DNA of 40,789 bases from a virus, in IMG/VR virus record IMGVR_UViG_3300028831_000215, positions 1 to 40,789 of that record. The stretch is one strand, 5' to 3'. A program made the translations under genes and the position numbers. The notes beneath the pieces are model-generated. The model was not told the DNA's origin. It searched no databases and saw nothing but the letters and a program-made list of their open reading frames with translations. Of the stretch, positions 16,611-23,785 are shown piece after piece (positions within the stretch are counted from its first letter, which is position 1; each line of letters starts with the position of its first letter).

Positions 16611-17219
16611 AGCCGATCTATTGGGACCCAGTATCGCAGAAATGGTACCAACTGTCATGAGCGCGGACACCCCGAGAACCGAAGGAGGTAAGCGTGGCAC
16701 CAACGCGGACGAAACCGTGAAACAAGAACGCGCGCTACCGGCGGTTGCGCAAGATCAGGCGGGCCAAGATGGCAAAATCTCAGCGGCCCCAGAAGAGAAG
16801 GCACGGACGCTGACCGATAGCGACATCGAGCACATCCTGGAGCGACTCAAGAAGATCGTCCTCGGGGACACGATCAGAGGCGTGACGCATTGCTTCTTGT
16901 ATGACTGCATCCACGCCATCGAGCAATCGCGCCGCGCCCCCGCATCTGCTTCCCCGCCCGAGCTGGAGGCGCTGAAGGAGCAGGTCAACCACTGGTACAT
17001 GCTGTATCACGCCGCCGCCGATCAGATCGAACAATCCATGGCCGCCCCTCGCTTCACACCGGAAGAACGCGAGGCGCTGGATCAGGCGGACGATGCGCTC
17101 GGCATCCAGGAGGCGCACCACTTCGGCATGAACAAGTACGAGCGCCACGCGGAAGCCTACAGAAAGATCGTCGCCGCCCGCGCCACAATCCGGGCGATGC
17201 TCTCACCCCAGGGGAAAGG
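16070..17219 (+). repeat. Cassette copy 1, bounded by and containing six exact DNA islands (A-F) shared with 18092-19265
   Basis: Islands: A 16070-16104, B 16574-16600, C 16656-16682, D 16930-16959, E 17042-17058, F 17189-17219. Confidence 0.8.
16607..16660 (+). CDS. 17-codon bridging micro-ORF (MKPIYWDPVSQKWYQLS)
   Basis: ATGA overlaps at both ends link dam to the next gene. It occupies the position that the 79-aa ORF 18524..18763 holds in the paralogous cassette. Confidence 0.35.
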   Translation: MKPIYWDPVSQKWYQLS

Positions 17220-17235
17220 TGGTGATGCGAAATGA
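16657..17235 (+). CDS. Hypothetical protein, paralog 1 (192 aa) of 18760..19278
   Basis: Shares MSADTPRT, RRAPASASPP, APRFT.EEREAL and RAMLSPQGKG with the second copy. Confidence 0.6.
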   Translation: MSADTPRTEGGKRGTNADETVKQERALPAVAQDQAGQDGKISAAPEEKARTLTDSDIEHILERLKKIVLGDTIRGVTHCFLYDCIHAIEQSRRAPASASPPELEALKEQVNHWYMLYHAAADQIEQSMAAPRFTPEEREALDQADDALGIQEAHHFGMNKYERHAEAYRKIVAARATIRAMLSPQGKGGDAK

Positions 17236-17342
17236 TCTGTCCGAGCTGTGGTCAGCCCGCTAGCGGGATGCACGTATGCAGGGGGCCGGTCACGCTTTAG
17301 GGCGGGCCGCGCATGCTCACCAACACGCGGGAGGGACCGAGA

Positions 17343-17573
17343 ATGGATGACGACAGCTTGCAGAAGGTGATCGCTGAATTGGAAACGGCGGCTTCGTTCC
17401 GACTGGACCGCCCCGACTGGCCCGTAGGGGCGCGGGCGGACGCCGAGAAGTGGGCCGCCCGCCTCTCCGCCCTGTGGGAACGGCTCCTCAAGGAAGCGAA
17501 TTGGATAGATGTTCCGCCTACTCATTCTTACGCAAACCGCCTTCGCTCCATCGCTGGGGGACAGCCCGAATGA
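17343..17573 (+). CDS. Hypothetical protein (76 aa)
   Basis: GGGAGGG lies 7 nt before the ATG. The protein ends GGQPE. Confidence 0.55.
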   Translation: MDDDSLQKVIAELETAASFRLDRPDWPVGARADAEKWAARLSALWERLLKEANWIDVPPTHSYANRLRSIAGGQPE

Positions 17574-17782
17574 AGGAGTTTCGCGTGGTGAAGGTCGATA
17601 GCGGAGAGGCGAGCATGCCGTACGTCGTGGAGTGGTATGGCGCGGACGGGCGGGCCGTCGCCTACTGCTTCCGCCGCTACGAGGCCGAGGAGATCGCCCG
17701 CCTTCTCAACGAGGGTAAGACAGCGGCGAAGTGGTACAAACGCGCGGCCACGGCCCTTTACATTGGAGGACAGCCCGAATGA
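17570..17782 (+). CDS. Hypothetical protein (70 aa)
   Basis: ATGA coupling. It also ends GGQPE, with the same 15-nt junction sequence. Confidence 0.55.
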   Translation: MKEFRVVKVDSGEASMPYVVEWYGADGRAVAYCFRRYEAEEIARLLNEGKTAAKWYKRAATALYIGGQPE

Positions 17783-17863
17783 GTTGCGTTCTTCTCGTTC
17801 CCGACGACGGTGGCCGCCTTCTTTAATCCCGAGTATTGGGCGCTCAAGCAGGTCATGCCGTGA
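17783..17863 (+). pseudogene. Orphan copy of the last 26 codons of gene 21939..22277, in frame directly behind the TGA of the upstream gene
   Basis: Encodes VAFFSFPTTVAAFFNPEYWALKQVMP, identical to the C-terminus of the 21939..22277 product. 12 codons differ, all synonymously. Confidence 0.6.
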
Positions 17864-18132
17864 CCGCCGCCGAAGCTCTGGACGTGGCGATTGAGGCGCT
17901 GACCGAGTATCCGATTGGCGACGAGCTGCCCGACGAATATGCCAACGCCGCCACCGTGGTCGCAGCCCTCCGAGATCGCCTCAAGGAAGAAGAGGAGTTC
18001 CGGGAAGCGGCCCTGCTCTACTGCGAGCGCGCCGAATCGTTCGATCATGATGCGGGCCTCATGGAAGACATGCGCGCCGCCTACCGTCGCCTCGTCGCTC
18101 TGCGGGCCGTATCGAAAGAGCCGCCGCGATGA
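17860..18132 (+). CDS. Hypothetical acidic protein (90 aa)
   Basis: GTGA overlap with the fragment stop. ORF track frame. Confidence 0.5.
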   Translation: MTAAEALDVAIEALTEYPIGDELPDEYANAATVVAALRDRLKEEEEFREAALLYCERAESFDHDAGLMEDMRAAYRRLVALRAVSKEPPR

Positions 18133-18527
18133 GCGTGCTTTGCATCGTTCTCGACGGATGGCACCTTGGCGAGACTCTAATGCTGCCCTCGCCCGCGCCG
18201 CCCTCGATCAACCTTTACCGGCCCCGCGTCGTGACGACGTGCGAGTGCAGCCCGAACGACTACTACGAGAGCGCGCCCACGAGCGCCGCCTTCGACACGC
18301 TCAAGCTGGCGTTCCGCTCCATCGACGGGGAAACAGCCCTCTACTCCACGGACGGATCGAGCCGCCCGATCACCAATCGCGGATGGGTCGCGCCCCGAGA
18401 CGGGCGGGCCATGTTCTACAAGCCGAACGACCTGCTTTACGTGGGATGCCGGGACCACAGAGCGTGGCCCGAATACAGCGCCGGGGTGGGAGCCGAGGCC
18501 GGGGAGAAAGAGGAAGCTGAGGGATGA
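18129..18527 (+). CDS. Hypothetical protein (132 aa) occupying the Dam slot of cassette 2
   Basis: The ATG lies 2 nt after island A. It shares only the C-terminal GAEAGEKEE tail (island B) with Dam. Confidence 0.6.
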   Translation: MSVLCIVLDGWHLGETLMLPSPAPPSINLYRPRVVTTCECSPNDYYESAPTSAAFDTLKLAFRSIDGETALYSTDGSSRPITNRGWVAPRDGRAMFYKPNDLLYVGCRDHRAWPEYSAGVGAEAGEKEEAEG

Positions 18528-18763
18528 GACGTGAGGGCGAGCGGGCCGCACGCAGCGGCTCAGAGGGGTCCGTCATGGGGCAACGCGAAGCCCCGCTAGT
18601 CGATCCCTTGTGCGCGGACCAGCAAGGGACAGAGCCGGGGACGCCCGGTGCCGCCCCATTTGTTGTCGATGCGGAAGCGGGCGCGAGACTCCAAGCGGTG
18701 TTACGCGGGAGGCTCGACGGCCACGAGTACATCCCTGGAAAATGGGAATCGGTGCGGCCATGA
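18524..18763 (+). CDS. Hypothetical protein (79 aa). A shorter form may start at the ATG at 18575.
   Basis: ATGA overlaps at both ends. Confidence 0.45.
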   Translation: MRREGERAARSGSEGSVMGQREAPLVDPLCADQQGTEPGTPGAAPFVVDAEAGARLQAVLRGRLDGHEYIPGKWESVRP

Positions 18764-19278
18764 GCGCGGACACCCCGAGAACCGATCTGGAGCCGAGCGA
18801 AATTGACAAGGCGTTCGGGCGGATTCTCATGTTCATAGCGGAACGTAGTGACCCGCCAAATCAAGAGTATCTGGACGCCCACAACGCGGTGGACTTCCTG
18901 CGCGAAGAACTGGACCGCCGCGCCCCCGCATCTGCTTCCCCGCCCCTGGTCGCGATAGGGGTGAAGCGGCGGCTTCAGAACGTGGCGGATTCCGAGGAAG
19001 CGCCACATGGCACGCGAGTCCTCGCCAGCGACGCCCTGGCCGCGATAGAGGCGCTGGAGCGCACCCTGGCCTGGCATCGAGACATTGCGAAAGCCGCCGA
19101 GGCGGACATCGTAGCCGCGCGCGAGCTGCTCCCCGCCCCTCGCTTCACAGAGGCAGAGCGCGAGGCGCTGACGGTCGCTATGACGGCCCTCGAACGATGC
19201 TATCAACAATCCCGCAGACGTGCCGCCGCCACTCTCCGGGCGATGCTCTCACCCCAGGGGAAAGGGAACGAGACGTGA
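18760..19278 (+). CDS. Hypothetical protein, paralog 2 (172 aa) of 16657..17235
   Basis: See paralog 1. The start lies inside island C. Confidence 0.6.
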   Translation: MSADTPRTDLEPSEIDKAFGRILMFIAERSDPPNQEYLDAHNAVDFLREELDRRAPASASPPLVAIGVKRRLQNVADSEEAPHGTRVLASDALAAIEALERTLAWHRDIAKAAEADIVAARELLPAPRFTEAEREALTVAMTALERCYQQSRRRAAATLRAMLSPQGKGNET

Positions 19279-19712
19279 GATTCAGGAAGAAGCCGGTTGT
19301 GATCGAGGCCGTGCAGTTCCACATGCCAATGGAGCGCCCCAAGAAGCCGGGGCCGGACCGTCGCGTGGCGGGCGTCGAGTGGCGCGACTTCGGGTCCTCC
19401 CAGATGCACCCCTGCGTCGTCACGCTGGAGGGGCGGCTTCATGTCTCGGACGGCGACTGGATCATCACCGGGATCAAGGGCGAGTTCTACCCCTGCAAGC
19501 CGGACATCTTCGAGGCCACCTACGAGTCGGTGGCGGACGCCCCGAGAAGTCGATTCACGAACGACGAGGTAGCGTTCCTGAACCACCTAAAGACCCAGGA
19601 GGAGTTCGCCGGGCATACGCCGAACGTCCATCGACTCCTGGCGATGCTGGAGGGGAAAGCAGTGGAGCCCACGGTGGCGGACGGCACCAAGGGAATGGAG
19701 CGCGGACGATGA
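19275..19712 (+). CDS. Conserved-looking phage protein (145 aa)
   Basis: GTGA coupling. RKKPVVIEAVQF...GDWIITGIKGEFYPCKPDIFEATYE is a pattern I recall from many phage hypothetical proteins. Confidence 0.6.
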   Translation: MRFRKKPVVIEAVQFHMPMERPKKPGPDRRVAGVEWRDFGSSQMHPCVVTLEGRLHVSDGDWIITGIKGEFYPCKPDIFEATYESVADAPRSRFTNDEVAFLNHLKTQEEFAGHTPNVHRLLAMLEGKAVEPTVADGTKGMERGR

Positions 19713-20461
19713 ACGACTTGGAGTTGAGGTTCCTGCACGCACTGGCGCATGACGTGACCGACTCGTGGATGAATGGCGGCGGGATCCGGAATCGGTGCAT
19801 CGAGGCGGCCCGAACCGTCGTGGAACACCTTCCCACTCCTCCGCCAGAGCCGACGGAACGGGGCAGGCTGTCGAACAGGACGAGGATCGCCGCCGCATGG
19901 CGCTGGCTCAAGCTGGCCGAGCAGTGCAAGGAGCGCCTCGGCATGCTCCGGTACGTCCAGAAGGCCCTGTGCGAATTGGAAGGCCGCGACCACGAGACCG
20001 ACGAAGCTCCGCGACCGGGCGAGGTGCGAGGACCTGCCCTATATCCCGAACCAGTCTGCGGCGTGTGTGGCCACGACCACACCGGACCGTGTGGTCAGTA
20101 CCACAAGCCGATCGTGATTAGCGCAGATGAATACGACGTGAGCAGCGTGGAAGGAAAACTAGCCCACGCGATGGGCCTTGCCGCCTGGCTTCACAAGTAC
20201 AACTACGAGACGCCCAGGTATGCAAATCAACTGAGGCAAGCCCTGGATGAAGCCCTGCGCCTCTACCGCGATGAGCATGCCGCGTGGCATTCCGAGCGTG
20301 TGGAGCGCGTGCGCGACCAGTCGAGCAAGGCCGTGGAGTTGCGCGGCCTGAGGCTGAGGATCGAGAAGGCATGCGAATGGGCGCGCGGCTTCACGAGGAC
20401 CCACACAGACCTACTGGCGATCCTGCGGGGCACCGATACCACGAGGGAGACCAAGAAGTAG
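19709..20461 (+). CDS. Hypothetical protein (250 aa)
   Basis: ATGA coupling. ORF track frame. CGVCGHDHTGPCG. Confidence 0.55.
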   Translation: MNDLELRFLHALAHDVTDSWMNGGGIRNRCIEAARTVVEHLPTPPPEPTERGRLSNRTRIAAAWRWLKLAEQCKERLGMLRYVQKALCELEGRDHETDEAPRPGEVRGPALYPEPVCGVCGHDHTGPCGQYHKPIVISADEYDVSSVEGKLAHAMGLAAWLHKYNYETPRYANQLRQALDEALRLYRDEHAAWHSERVERVRDQSSKAVELRGLRLRIEKACEWARGFTRTHTDLLAILRGTDTTRETKK

Positions 20462-20493
20462 GCTGGGAACAACTCAGGGAGGGGGTTGGGCTG

Positions 20494-21204
20494 GTGGCGT
20501 GGATCAGGCTAGAAGAAGGCTTCAATGAGCATCCGAAGATCCTACAAGCGGGGCCGCTGGCCGTCCACCTGTGGCTTTCGAGCATCGCCTACTCCAACCG
20601 GAACCTTACGGACGGGCACTTCCCCGCGCAGCTCGCACGCTCAGGGGCCTGGGCCTTGGACCCGATCCAGCCGGAGCGGTTGATTCAGGCGCTGCTCAAG
20701 ACGGGCCTTTGGGAAGAAGCTGAGGGCGGGTACGTGATCCACAACTACCACAAGTACCAACCCTCGAAAGAGCAGGTGCTTGCGGACCGCGCCGCAGCGA
20801 AGGCACGTATGCAGCAAATTAGGTTCGGGCGAACAGGGCGCGAACGTGGCAAGAACCTAATCGACCCCGTTCCCGTTCCCGTTCCCGTTCCCGTCTCCGT
20901 TACCGATACCGAACCCGAAAAGAAAAAGCGAAAGACAGGGCGTGCGCCGTTTCAGCCGCCGTCTCTCGCTCAGGTCGAAGCCTACTGCTTGGAACGCGGA
21001 AACTCTGTGGACCCCAACTTGTGGCTAGATCACTACGCCTCCAAGGGTTGGATCGTTGGAAAAAGCCCGATGCGGGACTGGCAAGCCGCCGTCCGGACGT
21101 GGGAGCGAAACGGCATCCAGCCCAGGGCGTCCCCCGATGCTCCGTCCAGGGCGCGGCAGGTCATCGAGTACGGGCAGCGAATGAAGGCCGAGGAGGGGCG
21201 TTGA
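20494..21204 (+). CDS. Replisome organizer / DnaD-like replication initiation protein, putative
   Basis: N-terminus WIRLEEGFNEHPKILQAGPLAVHLWLSSIAYSNRNLTDGHFP. C-terminus PPSLAQVEAYCLERGNSVDPNLWLDHYASKGWIVGKSPMRDWQAAVRTWERN, a DnaD/phage-associated-type repeat. Confidence 0.55.
   Translation: MAWIRLEEGFNEHPKILQAGPLAVHLWLSSIAYSNRNLTDGHFPAQLARSGAWALDPIQPERLIQALLKTGLWEEAEGGYVIHNYHKYQPSKEQVLADRAAAKARMQQIRFGRTGRERGKNLIDPVPVPVPVPVSVTDTEPEKKKRKTGRAPFQPPSLAQVEAYCLERGNSVDPNLWLDHYASKGWIVGKSPMRDWQAAVRTWERNGIQPRASPDAPSRARQVIEYGQRMKAEEGR
20866..20901 (+). repeat. Tandem hexanucleotide repeat (CCCGTT) x4 plus degenerate units, encoding a (PV)n linker
   Basis: Read directly. Degenerate units continue to about 20919. 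Confidence 0.85.
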
Positions 21205-21719
21205 GCAAGGCTGACGCAGTGATCGCAGTGGGGAGGCTCATGGCGGCTTTCCGGCAGGAAAAGCTCCGGGAAGAAACGATCCAGGTTTACGCCGAGGAGT
21301 TGGAGGACTTAAATCCCAAGGCCCTGGAAATCGCCGTGCGCCAGATCATCCGTCAGTCGCGCTTCTTCCCTGCCGTAGCCGAGATCCGAGAGGCGACGGC
21401 GGAAGCGTGCCGAAGCCTCCCGGTCCCGAAACCCAAGTGGCTCCTGGAATCGAACGAGCAGAGCATTGACATCCCGCTCTGCGAGCAATGCGGCAAGGGC
21501 TACGCTTGGATTGGACGGCCAGACGATGACGGGCGGAAGCTGTGTGTGTTCTGCACCCTCAAGGATTCGGAGGATGCTCAGGTGGCAGAGCGGAGTCCAC
21601 AGCCTCAATCACGTCCGGGACCTTCCCCGCCACCGTCTTCGGGCGGACCCCGAGGAGAGACAATAGGGGCCGAGCTACCTTCGCCAGCAGGTGAACCCAG
21701 CCCCGAAGTCTCACCCTAG
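21201..21719 (+). CDS. Helicase-loader-like protein (G39P-type), putative
   Basis: TTGA coupling. AVIAVGRLMAAFRQEKLREETIQVYAEELEDLNPKALEIAVRQIIRQSRFFPAVAEIREA resembles the loader/inhibitor family. CEQC...CVFC. Confidence 0.45.
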   Translation: MSKADAVIAVGRLMAAFRQEKLREETIQVYAEELEDLNPKALEIAVRQIIRQSRFFPAVAEIREATAEACRSLPVPKPKWLLESNEQSIDIPLCEQCGKGYAWIGRPDDDGRKLCVFCTLKDSEDAQVAERSPQPQSRPGPSPPPSSGGPRGETIGAELPSPAGEPSPEVSP

Positions 21720-21907
21720 GCGCTCTTGTGGCTGATCGAGGAGAAGACGTTCAAGAGGCCCGACACGAACATGACGATCTCAAGGCCCGTCGGGGGCCAG
21801 GTGTGGCCAGCGGCGTAGGTCTGGATGTAGGTCACAACGGACATGACGACAGCGGCGATACCGGGGAGCGTGGTCCAGAGGTCTTTCAGGCGGTCACTGA
21901 GAGTCAA
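21716..21907 (-). CDS. Small two-TM membrane protein (63 aa), holin-like, antisense to the early arm
   Basis: LPGIAAVVMSVVTYIQTYAA and GLEIVMFVSGLLNVFSSI. High GC at third positions. TTG start. Confidence 0.5.
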   Translation of the reverse strand: MTLSDRLKDLWTTLPGIAAVVMSVVTYIQTYAAGHTWPPTGLEIVMFVSGLLNVFSSISHKSA

Positions 21908-21938
21908 AGCAGCATCAACCTTTCAGGATGGAGGGTGC

Positions 21939-22277
21939 GTGAACAAAGAGACGGTGGATCTCATCCGTGATCTGGCGGCGAAGCTCGGAACCACGGCGGA
22001 GCATCTTTGGGGCGTGCTCTTGAGGCAGGCTCCAATCTCTGGCGCGACGGATCTGATGCAGTACGCCCTTCTAGCAGTCGCGGTCGCGCTCTGGTGGAAG
22101 TGGGTCAAGGCCACGAAGAAGAGAGGGCAGTACAGAGACGAGGCGGCCTGGATTCCGGTCGGCACTGTCGGCGTGGCTCTCGCCGTCATGGTTGGAGTAG
22201 CCTTCTTCAGCTTCCCAACGACTGTCGCTGCCTTCTTTAATCCTGAATATTGGGCGCTGAAGCAGGTGATGCCCTAG
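21939..22277 (+). CDS. Two-TM membrane protein (112 aa), holin-like
   Basis: GTG after GGAGGG. LMQYALLAVAVALWWKWV and IPVGTVGVALAVMVGVAFFSF. Confidence 0.55.
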   Translation: MNKETVDLIRDLAAKLGTTAEHLWGVLLRQAPISGATDLMQYALLAVAVALWWKWVKATKKRGQYRDEAAWIPVGTVGVALAVMVGVAFFSFPTTVAAFFNPEYWALKQVMP

Positions 22278-22981
22278 ATGCTCGTCTTGTTCACCTTGTG
22301 GTATCCCTGCAACCGCTTCCAAAGCGTCTCCAGGGATTCGACATCTTCCACGTTGTGGGCTAGGACGTGGGCCAGGGCTTTCTTGTCCCCTACCCCGGCG
22401 TCTCGCCACAGCATGGGGCTAAGCTTGTGACCTTTCGAGGGGATGCCCAGCGCGGTACACGCGGCCTCCAGCCGGTTGCTATGCAGTTTCAACTTGGACC
22501 GGACCGCGTAGTACGCATCGCTGTGAAACACAGACCCGAACGGTGGGAAGTCGATGCCGTGAGTAAGGCAGCGGGTCCGGATGAAGGGCACGTCATAGCG
22601 AGACGAGTAGTAGCCTACGACGCGATCCAACTTTCCAACGTCCTCCAGGAACTGCTCGCAGAGGCGGCGGTCGAACCGCTTTGACAAAATGTCATCCCTT
22701 GACACCGTGCGCTTCAAGACTTCCCCGTCCAGCTTCTTGATGCAGTACGTCAACATGAAACCGAACGAGGCGTTTAGGGATGTGGCCTCGATGTCAAAGA
22801 AGCCGATGCGCTCGGCGGGGTGCGCCTCTTCATAACAGGTCGTGTGGTCGAGGCCGTTGTGTCGGTGCTTGCAGCGGAAGCGGGCGCGGGCTACTAACTC
22901 TTGTTTGCTGAGAGTGGCGGGGTTCGTGGAACCTCCGTGTTCGGGTGAAGGACGATTCTTCTTCCTCTTCTTCCTCGGAAT
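22274..22981 (-). CDS. DEDD-type 3'-5' exonuclease (RNase-H-like, PolB-exonuclease-related). Start proposed at the ATT at 22981; the first ATG is at 22756.
   Basis: The Exo I motif FFDIEAT is encoded upstream of the first canonical start. Exo II YYSSRYDVPFI. Exo III HNVEDVESL. Confidence 0.7.
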   Translation of the reverse strand: MPRKKRKKNRPSPEHGGSTNPATLSKQELVARARFRCKHRHNGLDHTTCYEEAHPAERIGFFDIEATSLNASFGFMLTYCIKKLDGEVLKRTVSRDDILSKRFDRRLCEQFLEDVGKLDRVVGYYSSRYDVPFIRTRCLTHGIDFPPFGSVFHSDAYYAVRSKLKLHSNRLEAACTALGIPSKGHKLSPMLWRDAGVGDKKALAHVLAHNVEDVESLETLWKRLQGYHKVNKTSI

Positions 22982-23027
22982 CGAGCCATCCCCATAGGGG
23001 CGAATCGCGCCGCACGCACAGAAGGCA

Positions 23028-23534
23028 TCACGGGTTCAGGACTGACTCATCGGGAACTACCTTGAGGGCGTAGGCTAAGGCTTGGACGTGATCGGGTTTC
23101 TTGCCCTTGAAGTCCGCGTGGGGCAGGGCTTGGGTGAACATCTCCCATGTGAGGGGGTTTCCCTGGGCGCGCATCTTCTCTAGCGCGGCGCGGACGTATC
23201 CCCATCCACAGTTGTAGGAGCAGATGGCCCACCGCCAGAGGAGCAAGGGATCATCGAGGAGCCCGTGAAGGTAGAGGGCCACCATGGAATGAAGCTTGGC
23301 GTCGTAGCGTGCAGCCCCTTCGATTGCCTCCTCGGGGTCCAGGGGGTCTCTGACTCCCTCGTCTTTCGCGGTGAGTCCCATGAACTGCATGAGCCCCATC
23401 GCTCCCGCTGAGGAGTGGGCGTCGGGATTGAAGCCCGACTCAGCGAAGGCTTGAGCCTTGAGCATCCTCCATGGGGCTTGGTACTTGATCCCGTACCACT
23501 GAAAGAGCGAATCGTATCGGTCGCTCCATTTCAT
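23028..23534 (-). CDS. Lytic transglycosylase (SLT domain), endolysin or virion lysin
   Basis: AQAFAESGFNPDAHSSAGAMGLMQFM carries the catalytic ES...GLMQ signature. Confidence 0.8.
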   Translation of the reverse strand: MKWSDRYDSLFQWYGIKYQAPWRMLKAQAFAESGFNPDAHSSAGAMGLMQFMGLTAKDEGVRDPLDPEEAIEGAARYDAKLHSMVALYLHGLLDDPLLLWRWAICSYNCGWGYVRAALEKMRAQGNPLTWEMFTQALPHADFKGKKPDHVQALAYALKVVPDESVLNP

Positions 23535-23785
23535 CGGACCATCGCCCGGCCTTCCAGCGTAGCGACCCGTTCTCTCACTTCATGGATCTCGTGGCGGATC
23601 GCGTGGTGCTCCCCGTCCGCGGCCTTCTCTTTTTCCGCCAGTACTTCCTTGATGACAAAGGAGTCGATCTTCTTCTCCATGGCCTTGAGGCGCTGGTAGA
23701 GCATGCCCAGGCCGAACACAAAGATGACGAGGTAGACCCCATCACGCGGGGTGAAGCCCCAGAACTCCAGGGTTTCCACGATCAT
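23531..23785 (-). CDS. Membrane protein with an N-terminal TM and a coiled coil (holin or i-spanin candidate)
   Basis: GVYLVIFVFGLGMLY followed by a charged helical tail. ATGA-coupled to the SLT gene. Confidence 0.5.
   Translation of the reverse strand: MIVETLEFWGFTPRDGVYLVIFVFGLGMLYQRLKAMEKKIDSFVIKEVLAEKEKAADGEHHAIRHEIHEVRERVATLEGRAMVR

Larger units (their letters stand above)
18092..19265 (+). repeat. Cassette copy 2, carrying the same six exact DNA islands as copy 1
   Basis: Islands: A 18092-18126, B 18488-18514, C 18759-18785, D 18916-18945, E 19133-19149, F 19235-19265. Confidence 0.8.

Noticed and set aside
22830-23015. 61-aa Glu-rich ORF (…DSEEEEEEESS…) between the SLT and exonuclease genes
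   Set aside because: It is an alternative frame of the purine-rich tract that encodes PRKKRKKN in the exonuclease N-terminal extension. The exonuclease frame carries the catalytic DxE motif.
23531-23785. An embedded Rz1-like o-spanin lipoprotein in the +1 frame of the TM/coiled-coil gene
   Set aside because: The +1 frame (MGSTSSSLCSAW...) lacks a hydrophobic signal and a proper lipobox.
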